64,000 nucleotides of DNA, from contig NW_027362771.1 of NCBI RefSeq assembly GCF_046119375.1, positions 590,364,001 through 590,428,000 on the forward strand. Reading direction: 5' to 3'. The notes beneath the pieces are model-generated. The model ran no database searches and was not told where the DNA came from. It saw only the letters and a list, made by a program, of their open reading frames with translations. Shown here one piece after another: positions 1-11,432 of this stretch (position 1 is the stretch's first letter; every line of letters starts with the position of its first letter). Made by a program: the position numbers and the translations under genes. The stretch comes from Phyllobates terribilis (taxonomy: Eukaryota).

Positions 1-3000
1 TGGGCTCTGTATGGGGGTGATGTGTGGGCTCTGTATGGGGGTGATGTGTGGGGGGCGCTGTATGGGGGTGATGTGTGGGGGGCGCTATATGGGGGTGATG
101 TGTGGGGGCGCTGTATGGGGGTGATGTGTAGGGGCGCTGTATGGAGGTGATGTGTGGGCTCTGTATGGGGGTGATGTGTGGGCGCTGTTTTGGGGGTGAT
201 GTGTGGGCTCTGTATGGGGGTGATGTGTGGGCGCTGTATGGGGGTGATGTGTGGGCGCTGTTTTGGGGGTGATGTATGGGCTCTGTATGGGGGTGATGTG
301 TGGGCACTGTATGGGGGTGATGTGTGGGCTCTGTATGGGGGTGATGTGTGTTCTCTGTATGGGGGTGATGTGTGGGCTCTGTATGGGGGTGATGTGTGGG
401 CGCTGTATGGGGGTGATGTGTGTGGGCGCTGTATGGGGGTGATGTGTGGGGGCGCTGTATGGGGGTGATGTGTGGGGGCGCTGTATGGGGGTGATGTGTG
501 GGGGCGCTGTATGGGGGTGATGTGTGGGGGCTCTGTATGGGGGTGATGTGTGGGCTCTGTATGGGGGTGATGTGTGGGCGCTGTTTTGGGGGTGATGTGT
601 GGGCTCTGTATGGGGGTGATGTGTGGGTGCTGTATGGGGGTGATGTGTGTGGGTGCTGTATGGGGGTGATGTGTGGGGGTGCTGTATGGGGGTGATGTGT
701 GGGGGCGCTGCATGGGGATGGTGTGTGGGGGAGCTGTATGGGGGTGATGTGTGGGCTCCGTATGGGGGTGATGTGTGGGCGCTGTTTTGGGGGTGATGTG
801 TGGGCGCTGTTTTGGGGGTGATGTGTGGGCTCTGTATGGGGGTGATGTGTGGGCTCTGTATGGGGGTGATGTGTGGGCTCTGTATGGGGGTGATGTGTGG
901 GGGCGCTGTATGGAGGTGATGTGTGGGCTCTGTATGGGGGTGATGTGTGGGCTCTGTATGGGGGTGATGTGTGGGCTCTGTATGGGGGTGATGTGTGGGC
1001 TCTGTATGGGGGTGATGTGTGGGCTCTGTATGGGGGTGATGTGTGGGGGGCGCTATATGGGGGTGATGTGTGGGCGCTGTTTTGGGGTGATGTGTGGGCG
1101 CTGTTTTGGGGGTGATGTGTGGGCTCTGTATGGGGGTGATGTGTGGGCTCTGTATGGGGGTGATGTGTGGGGGCGCTGTATGGAGGTGATGTGTGGGCTC
1201 TGTATGGGGGTGATGTGTGGGCTCTGTATGGGGGTGATGTGTGGGCTCTGTATGGGGGTGATGTGTGGGCGCTGTTTTGGGGGTGATGTGTGGGCGCTGT
1301 TTTGGGGGTGATGTGTGGGCTCTGTATGGGGGTGATGTGTGGGCGCTGTTTTGGGGGTGATGTGTGGGCTCTGTATGGGGGTGATGTGTGGGCGCTGTTT
1401 TGGGGGTGATGTATGGGCTCTGTATGGGGGTGATGTGTGGGCTCTGTATGGGGGTGATGTGTGGGCTCTGTATGGGGGTGATGTGTGGGCGCTGTTTTGG
1501 GGGTGATGTGTGGGCACTGTATGGGGGTGATGTGTGGGCACTGTATGGGGGTGATGTGTGGGCTCTGTATGGGGGTGATGTGTGGGCTCTGTATGGGGGT
1601 GATGTGTGGGCTCTGTATGGGGGTGATGTGTGGGCTCTGTATGGGGGTGATGTGTGGGGGCGCTGTATGGGGGTGATGTGTGGGGTCGCTGTATGGGGGT
1701 GACGTGTGGGCTCTGTATGGGGGTGACGTGTGGGCGCTGTTTTGGGGGTGACGTGTGGGCGCTGTTTTGGGGGTGATGTGTGGGCTCTGTATGGGGGTGA
1801 TGTGTGGGCTCTGTATGGGGGGTGATGTGTGGGTGCTGTTTTGGGGGTGATGTGTGGGCTCTGTATGGGGGTGATGTGTGGGCGCTGTATGGGGGTGATG
1901 TGTGGGCGCTGTATGGGGGTGATGTGCGGGCGCTGTATGGGGGTGATGTGTGGGGGCGCTGTATGGGGGTGATGTGTGGGGGCGCTGTATGGGGGTGATG
2001 TGTGGGGGCGCTGTATGGGGGTGATGTGTGGGGGCGCTGTATGGGGGTGATGTGTGGGGGCGCTGTTTTGGGGGTGACGTGTGGGCTCTGTATGGGGGTG
2101 ATGTGTGGGCTCTGTATGGGGGGTGATGTGTGGGTGCTGTTTTGGGGGTCATGTGTGGGTGCTGTTTTGGGGGTCATGTGGGGGCTCTGTATGGGGGTGA
2201 TGTGTGGGGGCGCTGTATGGGGGTGATGTGTGGGGGCGCTGTATGGGGGTGACGTGTGGGCTCTGTATGGGGGTGACGTGGGGGCGCTGTTTTGGGGGTG
2301 ACGTGGGGGCGCTGTTTTGGGGGTGACGTGGGGGCTCTGTATGGGGGGTGACGTGTGGGCTCTGTATGGGGGTGATGTGTGGGTGCTGTTTTGGGGGTGA
2401 TGTGTGGGCGCTGTATGGGGGTGATGTGCGGGCGCTGTATGGGGGTGATGTGCGGGCTCTGTATGGGGGTGACGTGTGGGCGCTGTTTTGGGGGTGACGT
2501 GTGGGCTCTGTATGGGGGTGATGTGTGGGCTCTGTATGGGGGTGATGTGTGGGCTCTGTATGGGGGGTGATGTGTGGGTGCTGTTTTGGGGGTGATGTGT
2601 GGGTGCTGTTTTGGGGGTGATGTGTGGGCTCTGTATGGGGGTGATGTGTGGGCGCTGTATGGGGGTGATGTGTGGGCGCTGTATGGGGGTGATATGTGGG
2701 GGCGCTGTATGGGGGTGATGTGTGGGGGCGCTATATGGGGGTGATGTGTGTGGGCTCTGTATGGGGGTGACGTGTGGGCTCTGTATGGGGGTGACGTGTG
2801 GGCCCTGTTTTGGGGGTGATGTGTGGGCTCTGTATGGGGGTGATGTGTGGGCTCTGTATGGGGGTGATGTGTGGGTGCTGTTTTGGGGGTGATGTGTGGG
2901 TGCTGTTTTGGGGGTGATGTGTGGGTGCTGTTTTGGGGGTGATGTGTGGGCTCTGTATGGGGGTGATGTGTGGGCTCTGTATGGGGGTGATGTGTGGGCT

Positions 3001-3211
3001 CTGTATGGGGGTGATGTGTGGGAGCGCTGTATGGGGGTGATGTGTGGGAGCGCTGTATGGGGGTGATGTGCAGGCGCTGTATGGGGGTGATGTGCGGGCT
3101 CTGTATGGGGGTGATGTGTGGGAGCGCTGTATGGGGGTGATGTGCGGGCGCTGTATGGGGGTGATGTGTGGGCTCTGTATGGGGGTGATGTGCGGGCGCT
3201 GTATGGGGGTG
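1..3211. repeat. G-rich minisatellite, 24-bp unit (TGGGCTCTGTATGGGGGTGATGTG) with 26-bp variants; runs off the window start
   Basis: Period 24 read directly (tgggct at 1 and 25). ORF track shows 8-aa repeats (GGDVWALY). Confidence 0.97.
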
Positions 3212-4332
3212 AGGATGAGCCTTTCTTCTGCCTCTCAGCCGCCATCACACACTGATGAGATGTTTTCCTCCTTATTGAGGGGAAAGTGATGTAGGAGCTG
3301 CAACGCCCCCCTGTGCTGTATTATTACGGGGGGGCTCTGTGCACTTAGTGGGGGGGCGTCTCCTGATGGGAGAATAACTTGTATCCAGACGCCGCGCAGA
3401 GTTGTTCTTGGCTTCCAGAAGGACTCGGTCGTCCATCCAGGATAAATGTTATTTCTCCCACATCCATCCTCCAGGGCTGGCAGCCGCTTCTCAGCTGCTC
3501 CTCTCTTGAAATACTCTGTGCTGCTGGGACCTCTGCTCCATCATAGTCCGTTCTTCATCCCCTCCTTCATCACCCATGACACATACCCAGCGTCACTGTC
3601 ATGCACAGGACCATCTCATTTTTTTTCTCCTGAAATACTCTGTGCTGCTGTAAAACCTGTCTTCTTCTAAAGCCGACTCTCCGTCCCTCCCTCCAGTTAT
3701 GACACTGCCCCTGCCACAAGCAGACCTGCCGTTCCTTACAAATGCATTACATGGGTGAACAGCTCACTTGCCCCCAAGCTTCTGTTCACCCCTCTCCTGA
3801 AATACTCTGCACCGCTGAGAACCCCGCTTCTCTGCCATATTATAGGGGCATCTGGAACCGATGCTGACTCTGGCTCTGGGGACATTGGAAGGGCAACCGC
3901 AACACTTATGGGGCAATTATTGCTGGGAAACACCACTGTCGCCCTGTGGGTTCGTTGGCACAGCTTGGAGATGACGCATCGAGCAGATAAGATCCGAACC
4001 GTGCAGAGAAAGTTCATGTCTGGGCAACTTCTGCCATAACATCACGATGCGAGGAATGTGCCTCCAGAGATGTCAGGTGTAACCCGAAAATAAAAAGAAA
4101 TCTTCCTAAGATCGCCCTGTGCGGCCCCACACGTACCCCCCACAGCCATACTCAGCGTCCCCATCAGAGCTCACTGAATTACTGCCTGGAATATCGGCCA
4201 TTGGATGTGTCCGTGGAAATGTGAGAGATCAAGACAGGAAGTGTTGTCATAGGGAAAAAAAACTGTAAAGAAAAAAAAATCCAGCTCCACGGAAATACAA
4301 ACCTCCTCTTTACTGGTGTGAATAGAGCACCT

Positions 4333-4920
4333 CAGTCGGTGAATTTAAAGTGCCATGGTAGTAGACAATGATTAAGGGCTTTACTACCTGAGACTGGGTG
4401 TTTTGTATTCTGCCATGGCATTTTAAATTCACCAACTGGGAGTATTTTTCAATTAAAGGACTTTTATGTCCTTTAAGTAATGGGGGTGTCTGATAAGACG
4501 CCTCTCTATTACTAACCCCTGGGTTTGATGTCAGCGGACATAAAATAGCTGACATCAACTCCAAAACTATTACCCCACTTGCCAACGCACCAGGACAAGT
4601 GGGAAGAGATGAGGCTAAGAACCAGAATTGGCAAATTTTATGGATGCGCCTTTTCTAGGGCGGCTGAGGGCTAGTGTTCTTAGTCTGGGAAGGGGCCAAT
4701 ATCCATGGCCCCTTCCTAACCTATTAATATTAGCACAGAGCTGTCTGGTTTGCCTTTGCTGGTTAGTACAATTAGTGGCGTCCCCACATAATTTTTTTTG
4801 GGGTCCCCCTTTTTACTAACCAGTAAAGGCTACACAGACAGCTGTGAGCTGTTATTAATAGTCTGGGAACCTTTATGGCTATTGGCCCCTTCCCAGAATA
4901 ATAACAACAGCCGCCATCTG
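4333..4920. repeat. Hairpin-rich interspersed repeat, probably part of a non-autonomous DNA element; family not assigned
   Basis: Series of inverted repeats: 4333-4361 with 4410-4438; ttaaaggac..gtcctttaa; ttgatgtcagc..gctgacatcaa; ccacttg..caagtgg; aaggggcca..tggcccctt; ctggttagta..tactaaccag. Confidence 0.45.
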
Positions 4921-5639
4921 TCGGCTTTCCCTCTACAAGTGTCATCAGTGTCGCCTGGACTCGCTGATCGCACGGAGACCAGTCGACAATGATGAGAGTT
5001 GGATTCAGTGCCTGGGAACAGTGCTAGCTATAGTGCTTTTTCCCAGACGCCGGTACATGTCACACTGATGGTGCACACGAACAGCACATGGATGCCACAT
5101 GAATGTGACACATGGACACACAGACAGCATCAGTACTGTTTTTTCCAGAACTGATAATATCAGGATGTGTAAAAGAGGCCTTAAATGTACACAATGGCAC
5201 TGTTAAGGTGACACCCTGATAGGAGGCTTTGTGATTGGCTATCTATTGACACTTTGGTGGCACTGTTGAGAACGGTCTGATGAACATACCATAGATGTAC
5301 AGATAATTTTATAAGGACTTAACGTCTATAGTCCCACCCACCGGTCACTCGTAGGACAATTCAGGAGACTTCATCCATTTCTTGCATCTTGAAGACATCT
5401 GTTTCTTGCTTGTTACCTCTCATCAGGGTAAAGCCGTATGTTGCGCCATCATAGGGCGATCTAATAACTGATATAAATGGAGGATTAAGAAAGAGCAGTG
5501 GTCGAGAGGATTATCCCAATCATCTCATGCTTTACGAGGAGGATTACGCTGAATGGGTTAGATGATTCCTCCTTCTTATAGCTATATACTGTACGTTCTG
5601 CCATTCTTGTATAGAGGCTATTTTGAGAATACTATATTG

Positions 5640-6320
5640 CTCTCTGTTAACTCCTTACACCTGGTAAGCTGGTTACTGTACGCCATAGATCTGTATGAGC
5701 AGGACAGACCACAAGCATTGATGCAGGTGAATAAACTGGGAGGCACATGGAACAGCAGAGCTGGAGTAGTGTGGAAACGTGGCGCTAGATAAGCAGGATA
5801 GCACCTTGAAATAGCTGAACCATGTATGAAGATTGGTACCTTGGTGCAGCAGACCCAAGAATGTGGACAGCACCTTGGAACAGAAGAGCAGGATATTCAA
5901 GCAAGTGCCTTGTTACAGCAGACACGAGTGTGTAGACAGCACCTTGGAACATCAGAGATAGGTATGCAGACAGGAATCTTGGAACAGTAAGAAGGAGTAC
6001 AGAAGTCCAGCAATGTGATGGCAGCATGGATGACAAATTACTCTCTCCTGTGTGGACATTCTCTACTTTCCAAAAACGTCCCGTGTGGGGCCTCATTCTA
6101 CTCGACTCACAAAAGATTCCAGCTGTGATGTCTTGTGTCCATTGGGAGGTTCAGACATGGACTTCATCTGCGCATAGTGGAGACCTGGAATGTGATACTA
6201 TGGCATTACAGATGTCCTACAAGACATGGGAAGAAGCAGGAGGATGGGCCCATTGGAGGTGTATATTCTGAGAGAGAGACAGTCACCACGTGTTACAGCA
6301 GACATCTCTGGCCGTGATTG
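5640..6320 (+). mobile_element. Very degenerate LTR-retrotransposon-like remnant
   Basis: Repeated gcaccttggaac motif and a weak chromodomain-like patch (LLDSQK..VHW) near 6090-6150. No termini or TSD found. Confidence 0.3.
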
Positions 6321-7285
6321 AAAATCTAGATTCTGTGAAGAACTGGGGCATTGTTTCTGAACCATCTGAAGCTAGAGGAGTAAAAAGGGGGGATCACTAA
6401 TCTGACAGTCCCAGCTTGCAGGGGCTGACCGTTAATTTTTAGCTTGGGGGGTCAAGCACAAAGCACTGGTACATGAGTGGCGCGGCCAATCCTTAGATTT
6501 GGGTCTCATGTAGCACCCGGTGCATGCGACGCGCGTCCAAGGTGCGGCTACTAACAGCTCGTTTCAGAAAACTCTGCGCCTCTTCTGTTGTACCAGAAGA
6601 AATAAATCCTAACTGGATCTCGTGTTATTGGCTGCTCCGCAAATAACAATAAACAATTTGCACTTCATTTGTAATTTCACAGGGGGAAAAACGCGGCAAT
6701 TTGATGCCACACGGCCCAACCACAATCAGGTACCAACTTGCAGTAATAATCCCCCCATAGATCATTCCCGCCAGATTATCATATCATTTTCTCTTGAAGT
6801 GATCACCATAATCAATCACCTGCCACCCCTGACTATAACGTCCCACACTGCGCACACCTGTTGTATGGTAAATACCGTATATACATTTCATCAAAAATCA
6901 ATCATCATACCCCAATGCCAGAAGACCCGGAGCCCTGCTGCACTACTTTGTCACTTTAAATACATAACTAGCTGAGCGATACCACAAGTGTGTAAAAATC
7001 AGATGCACAGAAACTAGTGGTCGAATGACAGCAGCACTCAACACCCTGAATACTACTCTATGAATGATAGTATTGAATGAATAATCTCACCTGGTGACTG
7101 GTGTTACAGCCATGGATAATGTCGTCCTGCAGTTGGTTGCAGGAGATTTCTACCTTTGGCATTACAGACATCTTTTTAGAAGCAGCCTCTAGGACCCAGC
7201 GGCTACCTCCCTCTGGCTAATTAGCTCCCTGGCCTGAGAGTACAAATACCTGGTGTATCTGAGAGGGAGGTGCCGGCGATATTCA

Positions 7286-7440
7286 TTACTACTACAATCT
7301 TGAGGTACATCACTCCTCCCAGCCTCCCTATACACAACGCCATCCTGCAGTACATCACTCCTCTCAGCCCCTCTATACACAACAACATCCTGCAGTACAT
7401 CACTCCTATTAGCCTCTCTATACACAACACCATCCTGCAC
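7286..7440. repeat. Short outlying array of the 41-bp minisatellite
   Basis: About 3-4 copies of gtacatcactcct(c)agcc..tatacac. Confidence 0.8.
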
Positions 7441-7739
7441 ATGCGCCAACCAATCCTGGACTAGGGATCGCAGCGTCATCAAGCCGAGGTCCCATGATCT
7501 CAACTCCGAGACAAATATACAGCAAACCAATAAGATCTCAGCATCATGGAAACAGTGATCACATGACCACGGCCATAATATCTCTATATAACTCTATTAT
7601 AGACATATAAAATCAAATGGCTTAATGTGGAATACAATATACTTGGGTGTCTGTTCTGAATTGTATGGGATGATTATGTCTTGATCACTTTATCATACAG
7701 TGGCTTGTTTTTTACTTTCATTTGTCATTTTATATCACC

Positions 7740-9592
7740 TGTATACTCAGCCCCCTCCTACAGTACATCACTCCTCAGCCCCTGTATACAGCCCCCTCCT
7801 ACAGTGCATCACTCCTCAGCCCCTGTATACAGCCCCCTCCTACAGTACATCACTCCTCAGCCCCTGTATACAGCCCACTCCTACAGTACATCACTCCTCA
7901 GCCCCTGTATACAGCCCCCTCCTGCAGTACATCACTCCTCAGCCCCTGTATACAGACCCCTCCTACAGTACATCACTCCTCAGCCCCTGTATATAGCCCC
8001 CTCCTACATTATATCACTCCTCAGCCTCTGTATACAGCCCCCTCCTGCAGTACATGACTCCTCAGCCTCTGTATACAGCCTCCTCCTGCAGTACATCACT
8101 CCTCAGCCTCTGTATACAGCCTCCTCCTGCAGTACATCACTCCTCAGCCTCTGTATGCAGCCCCCTCCTACATTACATCACTCCTCAGCCCCTGTATACT
8201 GCCCCCTCCTACATTATATCACTCCTCAGCCCCTGTATACAGCCCCCTCCTACAGTGCATCACTCCTCAGCCCCTGTATACAGCCCCCTCCTACAGTACA
8301 TTACTCCTCAGCCCCTGTATACAGCCCACTCCTACAGTACATCACTCCTCAGCCTCTGTATACAGCCCCCTCCTGCAGTACATCACTCCTCAGCCCCTGT
8401 ATACAGCCCCCTCCTACAGTACATCACTCCTCAGCCTCTGTATACAGCCCACTCCTACATTACATCACTCCTCAGCCCCTGCATACAGCCCCCTCCTACA
8501 TTATATCACTCCTCAGCCTCTGTATACAGCCCCCTCCTGCAGTACATGACTCCTCAGCCTCTGTATACAGCCTCCTCCTGCAGTACATGACTCCTCAGCC
8601 TCTGTATACAGCCTCCTCCTGCAGTACATCACTCCTCAGCCTCTGTATACAGCCCCCTCCTACATTACATCACTCCTCAGCCTCTGTATACAGCCCCCTC
8701 CTGCAGTACATGACTCCTCAGCCTCTGTATACAGCCTCCTCCTGCAGTACATCACTCCTCAGCCTCTGTATACAGCCTCCTCCTGCAGTACATCACTCCT
8801 CAGCCTCTGTATACAGCCTCCTCCTGCAGTACATCACTCCTCAGCCTCTGTATGCAGCCTCCTCCTGCAGTACATCACTCCTCAGCCTCTGTATACAGCC
8901 TCCTGCTGCAGTACATGACTCCTCAGCCTCTGTATGCTGCCTCCTCCTGCAGTACATCACTCTTCAGCCTCTGTATACAGCCCCCTCCTACAGTACATCA
9001 CTCCTCAGCCTCTGTATACAGCCCCCTCCTGCAGTACATCACTCCTCAACCTCTGTATACAGCCCCCTCCTGCAGTATATCACTCCTTAGTCTCTGTATA
9101 CAGCCCACTCCTACAGTATATCACTCCTCAGCCTCTGTATACAGCCCCCTCCGACAGCACATCACTCCTCAGCCTCTGTATACAGCCCCCTCCTGCAGTA
9201 TATCACTCCTCAGTCTCTGTATGCAGCCCACTCCTACAGTATATCACTCCTCAGTCTCTGTATACAGCCCACTCCTACAGTATATCACTCCTCAGTCTCT
9301 GTATACAGCCCACTCCTACAGTATATCACTTCTCAGTCTCTGTATACAGCCCCCTCCTGCAGTACATCACTCCTCAGCCTCTGTATACAGACCACTCTTA
9401 CAGTACATCACTCCTCAGCCTCTGCATACAGCCCCCTCCTACAGTCCTTCACTCTTCAGTCTCTGTATACAGCCCCCTCCTGCAATTCTTCACTTCTCAG
9501 CCTCTGTATACAACCCCCTCCTGCAGTTCGTCACACCTCAGCCTCTGTATACAGCCCCCTCCTGCAGTTCTTCACTCCTCAGCCTTTGTATA
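7740..9592. repeat. 41-bp minisatellite (CCTCCTACAGTACATCACTCCTCAGCCCCTGTATACAGCCC), left part
   Basis: Unit counted directly. Each unit contains the palindrome CTGTATACAG. Array is interrupted by the LTR element at 9593. Confidence 0.96.
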
Positions 9593-10664
9593 TGTGGCGC
9601 CACTCAACACTACACCACTCTTGTCCTGTAGGGGGTCTAAATGCACCAGGGTGCTGCCCCGTCCCGGGATAGAGGAGATGGGGGGAACCAAAGATAGGGG
9701 GAACCATGTAGTGGGTGAGGGTGGAGGACACACTTTGAGGAAGCACTTATTGATTCATATTTAATCTACGGCCATCTTGGGTTCAAGGTCTTTTGATTGT
9801 GGTCTTCTGTCAGGGTCCAGCAAGAGTCTGCAGCTGGCTGAAGATACACGGTCCTCGTACTCTGGCCTCGAGATGAGGAGCGGGTCAGAGTTAACCACTG
9901 TCTCTACCCGGTCAAGGTCCTGTTCTAAGAAGGCCTTGGAGGGGAGCAGAGGAGATAGGCTCCACAGGCAAAAGGATCCCAGGGGGATAAGGACGGAGCG
10001 GAGTCGCCACCTGTATTCTTTACTCTGGCTTAGTCAGAGGGATTCCTGCTGCAAAAGGGGTGACCGGCCCCCGATATCTGACTGTGTACTTCACGTCACT
10101 GTTGGAAAGGCCCGGTGGCTTAGTGGATCCCAGGGAGGGACACAAGCGGGAAGAGAAGGAGACGGAGAAGGAGAGGAACACACTGACGGGGTCTTGACAG
10201 GTGCTCCTGATCTGCCTAGGAAGTGCTGAACCCCCTTCCCGGTGGCCGCAGTACGCCATGTGTAGCAGACAGAAGCTTTGCGGCTGAAAGTTCATCTAAA
10301 GTGAGTAAAGACCCGGATGACTTCATTCACCGCCTCCGCTTGTTTATTCCTGCGCGGCACTGCACCCACCATACCTCCACACAGTTTCATTAACTACTGC
10401 CCTGAGGCCTACTCCGCCTGTGGGGAGTAGCACCAACCGAGCTGCCCAAAACACCGGCCTCAGAGGACTGTTGCAGCACTGGTGGCCTTCACCAGAACCC
10501 GCAGGTGGCGTAGTCGAGCAAACCACTCATCCTAAAAGAAGCCCATTATTTTCATGTGACAGCCCTGGGCACGGAACGGGTCTAGGCCACGACTGCATCC
10601 CCGCGACCCCTATACTGACCCGGCTCTGAGTAACCCCATTGCTCAGAGGGGGCGAGGCGTCACA
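9593..10664 (+). repeat. 5' LTR (1072 bp; lacks about 100 bp present at the start of the 3' LTR)
   Basis: Colinear with 15855-17027; 14 differences counted in one ~305-bp stretch (about 4-5%). Confidence 0.9.
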
Positions 10665-10667
10665 ACT

Positions 10668-10685
10668 TGGCATAGTCGGCAGGAT
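10668..10685 (+). promoter_or_regulatory. Primer binding site, tRNA-Ser(AGA/IGA) type
   Basis: TGGCATAGTCGGCAGGAT, 3 nt after the LTR; 17/18 match to the recalled vertebrate Ser PBS TGGCGTAGTCGGCAGGAT. Confidence 0.85.
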
Positions 10686-11018
10686 TGCGAGCCCGCAGCA
10701 ACGGAAAAGGATAATCCCCATTGCCGACGGGTACTGTGCGCCTTTTCACGAAAAAGACTGTCGCTACACACTCAATGTGGCGCCCCCCCAAGAAGAACGG
10801 ATGCCATTATGTGCAAAAACAACAGCAATCTAAGACCTCCCATCGTGGGCCTGGCTCCCTAATGGCGCCAAAAGTGCAGACCGCCCCCTCCAGCGGAGAC
10901 AGTCCGCATAGTAGTGTCCGTCAAGACGGATGGGACGTCCCAAGGAGTGCCCGTTAGCCAGCCGCCCTGGAGCCGCCCCAAAAGAAGGAGGAGAAAGAGA
11001 CCGCACCCAGCAGCAAAG

Positions 11019-11432
11019 ATGGAAGCAGCAAAGGAGATGTCCTCCGTCGCAGGCCCACCAGCTGCTACCCCCCTCACTATGGAGGGACTCTACTTGACCG
11101 CGGAGGAGGCCGATTTCCTCCGCGGTGAAATGCAGGAATTGACCCGGAGGGTTGAAGAGACCCAACGACTGGCCACCACAGAATGGAGTAAGGAGGTGCT
11201 GCAAAAGATCCAGGCCCGCCACCAGGGCCCATCGCGCCTGACCAAAGAGGCCCCAGCCCAGACGGAGGAAGCCCCGGAGGCCCCGTGCAGCCAAGGAACG
11301 GGTAAGCCTGAAGCCCCTATCCCGGGCGCGAGACGCACCAAAGCCCTCCTTGATCTCATGTCGGCACCTCTGTCCCCGGGCGCCGTCGTATGGGAGCAGC
11401 TCCTGGCTCCGGAGGCCGAGACCCGAGCCACT
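11019..11432 (+). CDS. N-terminal part (coiled-coil, low complexity) of the LTR element's single ORF, interrupted by CR1
   Basis: MEAAKEMS..LRGEMQELTRRVEETQRL..ETRAT; the frame continues at 14640 once the CR1 and one TSD copy are removed. Frame is open upstream to 10863. Confidence 0.65.

Noticed and set aside
178-3289. Many ORFs up to 731 aa (His/Pro/Thr or Gly/Met/Cys repeats)
   Set aside because: Translations of the 24-bp minisatellite.
3380-3500. Minus-strand patches resembling MED11 (AAEKRLPALED, EITFIL, VLLE..RRLD); MED11 neighbours CXCL16 in mammals
   Set aside because: Needs two frameshifts, similarity is short and from memory, and position does not match mammalian order. A tBLASTn with MED11 would settle it.
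7681-9764. Long ORFs (up to 469 aa) with QPPP/YSPLL repeats
   Set aside because: 41-bp minisatellite read in rotating frames.
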